From: Psammoneis japonica | Lineage: Eukaryota | NCBI GenBank assembly: GCA_008632985.1 | Contig: QPGO01000266.1 | Span: 61,438-81,437, forward strand | Reading direction: 5' to 3' | Length of the DNA: 20,000 bases | Shown: piece by piece, positions 1 to 10,426 of the stretch | Layout of the letters: each line of letters starts with the position of its first letter | How positions within the stretch are numbered: the first letter of the stretch is position 1 | Notes under the pieces: generated by a model | What the model saw: the letters and a program-made list of their open reading frames with translations, nothing else | What the model was told of the DNA's origin: nothing | The model's database searches: none | Position numbers and translations under genes: made by a program

Positions 1-1565
1 GCAGAAATATCAACTCGAACTCTGTCAACATCTTTGTCCTTGTCAATAACGCGAATACCATTAAGACCTAGTATCGGACGGCCGCTTGCATCGAACCGTA
101 AAATATTGTCTGATGCTATTTGCAGAGGTACCAATAGCTTTGGTCTGTGATTTACGTTCAGCACACGGATTCGTTGTGTCGCAGCCAAGGAGGCACTTAA
201 CGTTGTACCGGTGTCATTACGTCCCCCGTATGCGATGACACGGAAATCAAAGGAGTCTAGGGGGAACTTCCAAATCAATTCCGTTGGCTTTCTGGCTCGG
301 AGCATTGAAATAATCATTTGGACAGAGACTCATAACGGACAGCTGTATGCGTGGCGTCTTCATCGATCCGGATGATCGACCCTGCTTCTAGGACTTTCGT
401 ACTATTGAAAGAAAAAAGTTTTCCATGCTTCGGAAGTGAAAGAATTTCCACTGCAGTTTGTCGCTCAGCCGTGGATGGAGTCACCCCACCAACCCACAGA
501 GCAACTCTACCGGTATTACCTTCTGGTAATGTGTACAACGTCGAGAGTGACGCAACCAAATCCAACGGTGCCACAGCGTCCACCTCTTCGAAGATCCTCT
601 CGCTTCTCTCAAAAGCTTCATCTTCCACCTCGTCCATAAACTGATCATAGATCGATACAGAGTGTATTTTTTCTGCGTACACATTGCGCTCGCCCCCAAC
701 CAGCTCGTGATCGCCACATGGAGAAAATAGCTGAATAGTGCGAGTCGCACACCAATTGCGGAAGCTGGAATTCAGGTAATCGCCAGAGATTTGCATCCCC
801 GAAACGGATTTCCCATTCAAAAACAAATCCATTTTGCTATTTCGAACAACAGGCGAGACAGTCGTAGTAGGCGAGGCAGTTAGAACGTTTGAAATTCGTT
901 GAATGGTGTTGGCAATCTTCTCTTCATCGTACCTTTCGCTGAACGACAAGACAACATGCTTTAAACTGAGAGTCGTGCTATCACAAATGAGAAGACGACG
1001 GCAATGTTTAGATGAACCAATTTCTGAATAGGCTAGTTCAAACATCCGCCCTGTGTAAGAAAGCGAAACATCCAAACCACCACATCCTCGGGGAACATCA
1101 TCCAAAATCTCGCTGGAATACGCCCCCCCGATGGTCAAAACAGGCCTCAAGGTGTCTACGATATCATCAAGTGTGAGAATCCCTAGCTCGATCGACCATC
1201 TCGAAGAAGGCCCTGATCTGACATGGTCGATGAGCGCCGTGATGTTGCTCCTCGATTCGATGACAGGAAAACTGAGACCTTCGTGTCCAACAACAAGTCT
1301 TATTCCTGATCCTAGGTTGCACCGAATGACGTCCTTTTCGTTCAAAACAAACCCATAAAAAAGGGATTTGAGTTCGTTTGGGAGAAAGACATCGCCGACA
1401 CTGTCTTCATCAAAGCAGAAGAAATCGTAAGTCTCTGATGGTCGCATTTTCATCGGTCCTTTGCTCCGATACAACAGCAGAAAGCGCGAGAATAAAAGCA
1501 GTTGTTCCGTTCGAATCGACTACACTACGTATAAAACACGGGTTAAACGTATCCCACGAGGCCAT
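1..1565 (-). CDS. Host-like LamG/concanavalin A-like domain protein followed by a cadherin/Ig-like repeat; three apparent +1 frameshifts, runs off the window start
   Basis: ORF 314..1474 has LamG-like motifs (TYDF, WSIEL, LKHVVLSF..MDLFLNG, KIHSVSIYD) and then SLPKHGKL..VRY. Shifted frames continue as DYFNAP.. and DSFDFRV..VLNVNHRP..IRVIDKDKDVDRVRVDIS to base 1. Candidate ATG at 1565 (MASWD..AFILALSAVVS). Domain names come from recalled motifs. Confidence 0.6.
837..932 (-). other. 96-nt in-frame spliceosomal intron
   Basis: Minus strand AG|GTACGA donor, CTAAC branch point (forward gttag 880-884), TAG acceptor. Removing it gives LKHVVLSFSESKMDLFLNG, a compact LamG-type motif. Confidence 0.75.
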
Positions 1566-2530
1566 GGTCAAGTGAGACCTCCCAAGCCGGGAGTGGGTCA
1601 AGTAGTGTCAAGTTTCATTTTTTATTTTTTATTTTTTGTAAACTGGTCACCCCCTCGTTTTTATGGCCAGTGGCTAAAATTTTGTGTAGACACATACCAG
1701 GTTTGTACGCTCGTATATTTTCTACACAGAAAATATTTACTATCCATTTTACTGAAGCTATAAATGTCATATCTGTAACGGTTTGCTGCTAAATAAAGTT
1801 CGTTAATATAAAATATGAGTTAGCCGGGGTAGGGCTAGTTGGTCGCGCACGTTTGGGTTCGATGCAGCCGTGCAACTAGCCATACCCTTCAGGAAGAGCT
1901 GTTGGTTGCGCGCGAGCAGAAGCAACAAAGCAAAGAACACGGCGTGGGTCAAAACGTTTTAAAATGACGCAACAACAAGCAGCGAGAAGAAACCCAACTT
2001 GACCCATGAATACAGCGCATACATATTGTCCAACCACTTCAATAGTATCTCGTATTCCCAGCTTGTAGATGAGGGGACGGCGTTCACGTTTCTCGCCATG
2101 GTGTTGTTGTGCGTTATCATGTTGTTTGCGCATGAAGAACACGGGATCTATTTATCCGATAGTCACTGTGTTTTGGTAATAGTAGATGTTTCACTATATC
2201 CAATCTGAAGTTATTTTTTGAGAAGCGCTTCGCGACAACCCTGTTCGCACCGTTAAATAGAATTTTTTTTGTGCAGATTCCAGAGTTCTTTCGGGGTGTT
2301 CTGTAAGATTTTTGAATTGTGGTATATATATTTTAAAGACAAAAGAAATTTCAATGATATGTAAAAGCTTCGGAGATGTACATAAATTTATCTTTCATGT
2401 AGATCACGTAGATTATGTACCGGCGGAAAATCCACCGCATGTCAACTCACTCAGCAGCAATTCTACGTATATTCTACTTACACCTCACACACGTACACCC
2501 ACACCTACACAGTCTAATAACCGTGCACTA

Positions 2531-4250
2531 AGTGCTCGAGATCAAGTTGCGCACAGACTTGGCCGGCCACAGAAGGAGGAAAGGTGGTGCTGGGTGGGGC
2601 GGGCACACGATTGATGGAAAAAGGTGATGGGATGATGGATGATGTGGGCAAGGAGGGGGGCAGCAGAGCAAGGTGACAGGCTTGTTGCTGTGGTGCAGCA
2701 AATGTTGAGTGTTGGGGCACTCTGTGGTTGTCCATTGATAAAATCAGAAAGAAGGGCCCAACGGGTGAGTGCCAGCTGCAGCACCATCGTGCCTCCTGGA
2801 GATCTGGAACATTTGGTGCAACCTGAGTTGTGGTGTGCAGCTTGAAGCCAGGGGGGGGGGGCAAGAGAGCAGATGGGACAAGAAATGGTGCACTGGCGCA
2901 CAGAAGACACAGCAGCAAGGCACCAGCTGGCAGCAAACACAGGTTTTGCTGTTGGAAAACAAAAGATTTGCACTCTCAGACAGCTCCATGGCTGGCATGA
3001 ATTGCAAGTTTCATGGAAGGAAGCTCAAGTGCCACGCAAGTTGCACTGTGTTAAAAGGTGAAGTCAAGTCACAAAGACTCTTGTGTTGAAAGCAATGTGA
3101 AACAAAAAGCAAAGAGGGGGGCCTCGCTGGGGTGGAAGAGAAGTCCCGGCTCGGTCCACTCGCCGGGACGAGCTGGTTGTTTGTTTTGCAATGGGCTCAA
3201 TTTTGACATCCAAGCAGTTGAGAGCAAACTCCAGATGCAGTTTTGACACAAAATGACCAGTTTCTCAAGGGATTTCCTTCACCCAGTTTGTGCTGTGGTG
3301 CAAGTGCTGTGTGGACAGCAGCTGCAGCTCGGGGGCCAGTGCCAGGTGGCAACCCAGATGCATCAGCTTGCTCTTCAAAAGAGCTGCAGTCACAACCTAA
3401 CAAAGCCAGATGGCAGTTGCCAGAAGCAGATCTCTTGCTTGAAGTGAAGCTGCTGCTGAGTTGTTTTTGCACATGAAGAAAAACAACAAGAAAGCTCATT
3501 TCCAGCTGTGCCAGTGGGGCTGCTGGGTTTGCAAGTGAGAACAGGGGTCGTGCTGCAAGCTGGGGTGAGCAAAGTCACTGGAGACAACTCAAACTGGGGT
3601 CATGTGCATGATCTTGAAAAAAGGGAACAGGAGCACTGGATCAAAAGAAGAGAAAAAAAAGCACTGCACAGGCAAGGGCACCCTGCCGAGGCAGCAAAAA
3701 GCATGCCAATTGGCTTTGCTCCCTAGATGCACCAGCTGCTCCCCTGCAAAAGAGTTTTGTTGTTGCTGTGTTTCTGTCTTGTGCTTGTCATCAAAGTTTT
3801 GCATGTGTGCCGGACAAGCTGATGATTTGAACAAGGTGATGAAGCAACACACAAACATGGAGTGTGTGCATGGAAGTGGGCCGCATTTTGTAAAGGAGTT
3901 TCTGGCAATGCAGAGCAGCAGAGAACCTGCTGTGCAATTTAAAACCACCCACAAATGAATCATGGTGAGGCACTGAAAAGCGTGACAGAGCAAACTGGCG
4001 AGGGAACAAACTGCAAAGCATGGTCATGGTGTGCAAGCTCAAAACTCCTTTTCTGTGTTCTGCATTTTCGATGCACTGGCCAAAGGACTGCTTCAATCTT
4101 GACATCTCTCAGGCTTTGCTTCTGACAAAGTGATGAGGATTCCAATGTTTGTGCCATTGGCTGCAGGCATCCCGTGGCCTGTCATTGTTTTGTCTTTCGT
4201 TGGTGCGAACACAGTGGCACAACACATGCACAGACAGATGGGTGTTGTGT
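2531..4250. other. TpA-depleted and CpG-depleted, CA/TG-rich tract; probably a hypermutated repeat relic of unknown family
   Basis: Hand count: about 6 TA and about 26 CG dinucleotides in 1,720 bp, against roughly 100 each expected at even base composition. ORFs in all frames are Cys/His/Gln-rich and nearly Tyr-free. The left flank (2461-2530) is TA-rich. Confidence 0.7.
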
Positions 4251-5350
4251 CATTTTTAAGGGGCTTAAGTGATTGTTTTATTGGGCTTATGTGATGTTTT
4301 GTCAGTGGGCATTGCATTTAAGTGTTTTGGCCAATCAGAAAACTCTTCCTAAGATTTGCGATATTTTCGTCAAAGGAAAAGAATAAATGAAATGCTCTTT
4401 CTTTTGCCCAAACAACAAATCACAATTAGCCATATCGAAACAAAGGCAATTTGTTGATGTCACATGTGTCATGACATGATGTGATCATATTTGTTCTATC
4501 ACTGCGTCACGATCATCACAACACTGTCGTGTAGCCCTCCAAAAACACGATTAGCGAACTTAGCGTCACACAATCATACTTCTATATTCACGAACAATTT
4601 TTACAACTCCTCACATGCGTTCTCTCATCAAAGAATACTTTTTCAGGTAGTGACGTCATTCGTGCTATTTTTTTAACAACTTCAATGCCTTTCTATCTCG
4701 AAAACGAGTCAGAATCCCCCCACTTTTCTTGTTTCCAAAACATCTCTTTTACTCAGCTGCATAACATGAGCGAATCATAAAAAAAATCTGTTGAACCATT
4801 TTGGAGATATTTCTGCTTTTATGTAATCGTGTGGTATGTCATGAGCTCTTTTTCTGAATTTTGGTCTCAACTTCACGATCGGTGTTCCATGCATGGCAAC
4901 GTACATCTGGGACACCAATAATCCAGGTGTCACACTAGCCGTCAAGATTTCTTGAAATAAAACCCGACATTTTCTCCCTTTAATCCAAGATTGTGCTGAT
5001 TTGACAAGTCAGCTTTTCTGAAATATTCAACAACAAACATCTATGTTCCTCAATTTAACTATTTACCCCCCCCCCCATCCGACAAGCCTTATGTGTATAT
5101 TTAATTCTATTTTAATTTCTGGATTGTGTGTTAATCAACTTTCTGGATCAAAATCGCCGCCTGTGTCCGTCAATCTAGATTCTAATTGTTTTCTCAATTT
5201 TCTCTCCCTGCCCATTCCATCCTTCCTCCCCGTCCATCCGCACGTTGTATCTCTATGTTTCTACCCTCACTGTGTCCCCAAGTGATTAATGCTGCACCCA
5301 CTGTTTACTTTCGATTCTCTTCTCAACTCCTTTGTCTATGTGCATCGGCC

Positions 5351-7831
5351 ATGTCGTCTGATGGTCTTGTTTGTCCATGGTGTAAACGAACCGGTTTCTT
5401 TTCCGAACGTGGCCTCAGCAGGCACATCGCAACTAACTGCCTCCGTTCCGCCATTTCCACCAAGTCTTTTAGTTGTCCTCGTTGCGGACAACGTGGATTT
5501 GACTCTGAAAACAACGTGCAGTATCACCTATCTCGGCACTGCACCGCAGCATCTGGTCTCCATCCCCCCTTGACACAGTTGCGCCGTACAACCCAACCAT
5601 CTTCTTCATCCGGCGGAACATCTCTTTCCTCTCATCCTCTGGATTCTGCCTCCGTCGGCTCCCTTGGATCCAACACCAACAAACCCAAATGTCCCCATTG
5701 CCGTGTTCCCTTTTCCAACATCGCCCTTCATCTACAGAAGTACTTGCCCTGCCGTGAAAAAGAGGAAATGTCCCTTCGCCTACATGCCGCATCTTCCACT
5801 GCCGCCCATGCACTTCCCCCTCCAGACGACGACCATGATGAATCACTGGACGACCATGATGATCCTGCTGGGTTTGGTTTCTCTGACGACAACCCCCCTC
5901 CTCCCCTCCCCGAAGTCCTTTGGAATCCAGCTCCATCTCTTCCCACACCAACGGACAATTCTTTTCCAGCTTGTCCTCCCTCTGCCGGAAGTGGACTACG
6001 CCCACCCTCCGTCAGACGCTCTGGTCGATTGCGTTCAGCTGCCAACTTTGCTGCCGCTAGTGCAGCCTCCCAAAATGTCCGCCGATTTGTTTTGTTTGCA
6101 GATGATGGTGTGTCCGCCCTTGGAGAGGACAGTCCTGTGGATGTTCCCGAGTTCATTGGAGCCGACCGTCGCGATGGTAGTTGTGGCCCCCCCTCAATTT
6201 CCCGTCCGATAGAAGATCCTGTTTCCTCCCTCGATCAACACAACCCTCTTGGCCCACCGCGTGATATCGCACCCGATGAGGATTTTGATGTACCTCCAGT
6301 CTACTCGCCCAGCATCGTACCCATGGTACGTTTGCTACATTTGTGTCGTTGGTCAGGTGTTGCAATTGACTTTGTCGACAAAGTAATGAGAATTTTGCAT
6401 GAAGAGCATGCAGAAAAAAGACTGGATTTGTCCAAGCCACCCATCACTACCGCCGTGGCGATGAAGCAACTCCTAGGGTTATTTCCCAATGTTCCTCTCC
6501 CCCGCACTGCCACTGTGATGCTAGAATGTAACAATCCAACACAGCAACAGAAGGATGGACCCAAATGTCGTTGCTCCCCACCTTTCCCGGTTTACAGTTT
6601 CACCGAGACCTTGCAGGATCTCTTCACCGAGCCAGTGTTCCGTGATCTTTCCAAGTTGCAGGTTAATCCAAATGATGTCTGGTCACCTTATGTGCCACCC
6701 CCCACCGACGGCGATTTGGAACCCAGCGCTAGCCCGGCTGACGGTTTTGAGATGTCGTTCCCGGATTATCCTGGGGACTGGCGATTGTCCACTCAAAGTC
6801 AAGACATGGGTGACGGCGAGTGGCAACAACGTTGCACCAATGCAAAGGAAACGGCATCTGATTTTCACGTTCACCTTGTTAATTACTCGGACAAGACCGG
6901 AGTTAATGCGGTCAATCCTCACGGGATGGAGCCTGTAATGTACTCACTTACCATGATTCGAGAGGACGCACGCCGTGACTACCGTTGTTGGCGTCCACTC
7001 GGATTCATACCCAATTTGGACAGGAAAGACAAGAAAGACAAGCTTGGGTACCTTGTTGTTGCCAACTGTCACCGCATTCTCAAGGAGGTCCTCCGTGGTC
7101 TGCTTCATTGCCAGGCGAATCCACCCATTGTTCGTGCAATAACAGGCACTCAACACCGCTATGTCAGAGCGGTGATACATTGCAACTCCCTGTTGGGGGA
7201 CATCCTCAATCAAGAACGCATTTGTGGAAGAGTCATGGGCCGAAGCAAGACCGAGAGGTTGTCTCACAACTGCCATGTGCCCTCCCACCGTTCTGATGAC
7301 CCCCTTCATGTCTGCCAATTTTTTAACCAAGCTTTCATAGAGTTGCTCACTGTAGCTGCATTGGGTCCGGATCCAGAGGATGACAACAGCCGTTGGCACC
7401 AGCATGTTAAAAGCGTTTCCCGGAAACATCGTACAATGACATCAAAAAAAAAGACTGAGACTGAGCTAGCTTCATCCCTCATTCGCCGAATGACTATATG
7501 CTCCAAAATTTTGAGAAAAGTGTTTGGACAGCACGCAGTGGACAATGCTTACTTTCCACTTAACATGGGCGACAACCCACGTGGTGTATTTGGCATGACC
7601 GTTGCTGACATAATGCATGTGTTGGAGGCGGGCATTGTCCCTCAAATGATGGAGGTAATCATTGGAGAGATGTCTGCCAAACAGAAAGAGGAATACGACC
7701 GTATTGCATCTGAGTTGTTCTGCACATCCCATTGTCGTCCAGGTCAGAGACGTGACTGCCCACGAATTCGAGTTAACGGGGGACTTTCCACACTCAATCA
7801 ACTTGCTAACATATCTAAAAGCACTGGTTAG
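5351..7831 (+). CDS. Plavaka-like (CACTA-related) DNA transposase with N-terminal zinc fingers, apparently 3'-truncated
   Basis: Three CxxC..H..C fingers (CPWC, CPRC, CPHC), a Pro/Asp-rich linker, then YSDKT..MEPVMYSL..WRPLGFIPNL, GDILNQERICGR, DIMHVLEAG and RDCPR..GLSTLNQL, matching recalled Plavaka-type motifs. First ATG is at 5351. Similarity stops near 7810. Confidence 0.7.
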   Translation: MSSDGLVCPWCKRTGFFSERGLSRHIATNCLRSAISTKSFSCPRCGQRGFDSENNVQYHLSRHCTAASGLHPPLTQLRRTTQPSSSSGGTSLSSHPLDSASVGSLGSNTNKPKCPHCRVPFSNIALHLQKYLPCREKEEMSLRLHAASSTAAHALPPPDDDHDESLDDHDDPAGFGFSDDNPPPPLPEVLWNPAPSLPTPTDNSFPACPPSAGSGLRPPSVRRSGRLRSAANFAAASAASQNVRRFVLFADDGVSALGEDSPVDVPEFIGADRRDGSCGPPSISRPIEDPVSSLDQHNPLGPPRDIAPDEDFDVPPVYSPSIVPMVRLLHLCRWSGVAIDFVDKVMRILHEEHAEKRLDLSKPPITTAVAMKQLLGLFPNVPLPRTATVMLECNNPTQQQKDGPKCRCSPPFPVYSFTETLQDLFTEPVFRDLSKLQVNPNDVWSPYVPPPTDGDLEPSASPADGFEMSFPDYPGDWRLSTQSQDMGDGEWQQRCTNAKETASDFHVHLVNYSDKTGVNAVNPHGMEPVMYSLTMIREDARRDYRCWRPLGFIPNLDRKDKKDKLGYLVVANCHRILKEVLRGLLHCQANPPIVRAITGTQHRYVRAVIHCNSLLGDILNQERICGRVMGRSKTERLSHNCHVPSHRSDDPLHVCQFFNQAFIELLTVAALGPDPEDDNSRWHQHVKSVSRKHRTMTSKKKTETELASSLIRRMTICSKILRKVFGQHAVDNAYFPLNMGDNPRGVFGMTVADIMHVLEAGIVPQMMEVIIGEMSAKQKEEYDRIASELFCTSHCRPGQRRDCPRIRVNGGLSTLNQLANISKSTG

Positions 7832-8303
7832 TCCCGCTCAGTTTCGATTCTCGGAATTGGAACAAACCCTTCTGAATGACAGAGCCTCAATTTGGTGTCA
7901 AGGCTGTTTTCTATGCTAAACGGGGCCAGATGCACTGGCGGGGGACAATGCCCAGATGGATTATTGGTCAACACTGCAGGTTGAGTCGGGGGTGGAATGT
8001 CATCGGGAGAGAAGTACGATGTATCGGACGGAAAAGAGATTCGTTGGTTCCATTTCGGTAACGTGGCCTAACAGGTAAGGGATTTGGTATGATTCTTCGG
8101 GGTGGGATCATTTTGAGGTTGTTGTTCTGCAACGGGAATGACAAGGCTACGGAAGACAAGAAATAGAGTTACCCAAACAATGTCTGTTCGCTGCTCAACA
8201 TGAGTTGATCAGCGACTTGGACAAGATTCGGGAGAATGTGGTTTGCTGTGGGAGAGGTACTTTATATCACGATACTGTACAGGCTAGTATTAAGTGTATA
8301 AGT

Positions 8304-8498
8304 AAAAAAGTGGCACCAAAGGTGTGCATTACCATGTGTGTGTATTAACAAAAAACTGATACCAAATTCTTCTGTTAACAAATATGTTTAATAATAGAAA
8401 GGTGACACCGAATTACTTTGTTAACAAATAGTTCTAATAATAAAAAAGTGATACCAAATTACTATGTTAACAGACAGGTGTATTACTAAAAAAGTGAT
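8304..8498. repeat. Diverged tandem repeat, exact 46-bp period, about 4.2 copies
   Basis: The aaaaaagTGataccaaatt..tgttaaca unit has its TG at 8311, 8357, 8403, 8449 and 8495. Confidence 0.85.
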
Positions 8499-8701
8499 GG
8501 TTTGTTTGTGGTGCGGAATGTACGGTGGATGGAAGCTTTTGCTTTGTGTCTGCCGCTGTGGTGATGTGAAAATATCTCACATCATCACTAACAGAATTGT
8601 GAGTAACAAAATTGTTTTCTATGCTTTTGAGATAGCTAGGATGACCGATATAATGAGATCCTTCAGTAAACAGGATCGACGAAGATCATATCACACGACG
8701 T

Positions 8702-8761
8702 GACTATTTGCAAAAAAAATGTCTGTGATGCACCCGACAGATAGACTACCGTTGTCAAAAC
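8702..8761 (+). repeat. Copy 1 of a diverged 60-bp direct repeat split by the Gypsy insertion
   Basis: gactattt..aaaaaaa..acagatagact.ccgttg.caa.ac aligns without gaps to 13767-13826. Confidence 0.85.
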
Positions 8762-9192
8762 TGCAGTATGCCTCGCTACTGGACAACACGGCGAGACCGT
8801 GCATAAGCCTCTTGTACGTGGCAACGTAGCATTGTTAACGCGTACCTGGGAAGCACGACCACAGGAGGGCGTGGCTCTAGGTCTTAGGCAATTCCAGAAG
8901 GATGCTAAGAGAGCATCCGTGTGAAGCACACTAGCCCGTCGTCTGGCCCACGATGGTAGCGTGATTCCACACGATGACATCACTCGTGCATGGCGCGTGA
9001 TGGCTTGATTCGCACGATCCATAATGCGAACGCACGATCGATTTGATACGATCCAAATGCGAACGAATAGGGATTTGGCAAGATTCCCTATTCGCACGAT
9101 CCCACTTTCTCTACTCTAAACTAGCTCATAATTTTCACAACGACAAAGTCGTAACACATCTTCTTTTCAGCGCCTAGCACATACATAGGGCA
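8762..9192 (+). repeat. Gypsy 5' LTR
   Basis: TGCAGTATG...CATAGGGCA; 427/431 identical to 13323-13753 by manual comparison. Confidence 0.97.
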
Positions 9193-9253
9193 CAGTAATA
9201 TTACTCCCGCATATTGTGTGAGGTAACGAAATCTACAGAAACGAAACTACGAA

Positions 9254-10426
9254 ATGTTGGTAGGACCGACAAATCTCAAAATGACCATGAAGAAGCAGAT
9301 TAAGCCGCCGATTCCGTTCGCACGGCCGGAGAAGAAAGAGCTACAGCAGGGCGAGCACCAGACGTTCAAACTACGTAACAACCCTGCTGATCCGGATAGT
9401 CCAACGCATGAGATGGGCATCCCGTACCTTTCTACGGCTACATGCAAGACACTCCTAATCTTTCTACGCAACGTGGATCGCATGCATGAAGGACAAAACA
9501 TGACGACCGGGCCAGCGAAATTTGCCCTTATGCGTGACCTACTACAGGGCGATGCTCTGACGTCATTCAACAATGCCGCTGACAAGCAGGCATCCCAAAC
9601 CAACGCTACGTACGCAGCATGCGTCGCGAAGCTAAAGGAAAGTATCTTCCCACATGGGGCGGTACCATTGCAGAAGCATTATCTGAGGCGCTTCATGCGC
9701 AAGCCCGCAGAGGTTTCTACTCGTGACTATGTCACGAGGGCTGTTGAAATTAACGGCTGTGTCTCTCAGTTTCCACCCGTGACGGAGGATGGAGAAGCAC
9801 CGGCACCATTACCTAATGACAAACTATGTGATATGTTCGAGTACGGTGTGCCGAACGCATGGCAGAAGTTCATGACGCTACAGAATTTTGACCCGTTGGC
9901 GCATACTATCGCCGAATTTGTACAGTTCTGGGAGCGCATCGAGCAGGTCGAGCTTGCCGAAGGTAACCTGGACCAACATGCTAAGATTCCACGTAAGCGG
10001 GGACGTAGAACGGACAATCCTGAGTCGTTGATCACGACCCAATGGAACACCCAGAAGTCGTGTATGCTACACGGGACTAACTGTGGACATCATACGGAGG
10101 ATTGCCGTCAGCTCAAGCACCACGTGAAACGTGTCAAGACTGGACATTCCAATAACGGAGGCAGCAAGCCTAATACAAAACCTCGGAATGAGGAAGACAT
10201 TAACACTCTCATCGGATCGAAGGTCGAGGAGTTCTTTGCCAACGCTCAAAAAAAGCGCAAGGCACGCGAGGAGGAGCTTAATCACTTCCGCGACCTCAAC
10301 TTAAGTGCTCGTTCAGTACGTCTAACGACTGTACCGTTAAATTTCGGTTACCAGAATTATCCGAAACTGCAGAACTTGAACATACCGTCCACGTACACAA
10401 CGGAAAGTTGGGCAAGTACGATATGA
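9254..10426 (+). CDS. gag: Gypsy Gag; true C-terminus lost near 10310, the remainder is out-of-frame read-through
   Basis: PPIPFARP, QKHYLRRFMRKP, EYGVPNAWQ and zinc knuckle CMLHG...HHTEDC, located directly after the 5' LTR. Confidence 0.88.
   Translation: MLVGPTNLKMTMKKQIKPPIPFARPEKKELQQGEHQTFKLRNNPADPDSPTHEMGIPYLSTATCKTLLIFLRNVDRMHEGQNMTTGPAKFALMRDLLQGDALTSFNNAADKQASQTNATYAACVAKLKESIFPHGAVPLQKHYLRRFMRKPAEVSTRDYVTRAVEINGCVSQFPPVTEDGEAPAPLPNDKLCDMFEYGVPNAWQKFMTLQNFDPLAHTIAEFVQFWERIEQVELAEGNLDQHAKIPRKRGRRTDNPESLITTQWNTQKSCMLHGTNCGHHTEDCRQLKHHVKRVKTGHSNNGGSKPNTKPRNEEDINTLIGSKVEEFFANAQKKRKAREEELNHFRDLNLSARSVRLTTVPLNFGYQNYPKLQNLNIPSTYTTESWASTI

Noticed and set aside
1820..1881. tRNA-like look (GGTTCGA) with a GGCTAGTTG/CAACTAGCC stem
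   Set aside because: I could not build a cloverleaf; there is only a single imperfect hairpin.
1876..2208. Short ORFs on both strands
   Set aside because: No motifs and no supporting context.
2514..4317. About 20 overlapping Cys/His/Gln-rich ORFs on both strands
   Set aside because: Expected artefact of TA depletion, which removes TAA/TAG stops and Tyr codons; no recognisable motifs.
4456..4488. Imperfect palindrome centred on TGTCATGACA
   Set aside because: Likely by chance in CA/TG-enriched sequence.
8304..8498. Regularly spaced repeats resembling a CRISPR array
   Set aside because: Whole 46-bp units are similar, so there are no unique spacers; no cas genes; eukaryotic context.
8663..9097. 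Antisense ORF across the LTR (also 13293-13658)
   Set aside because: Duplicated only because the LTR is; begins at a non-ATG codon and ends differently in the flanks.
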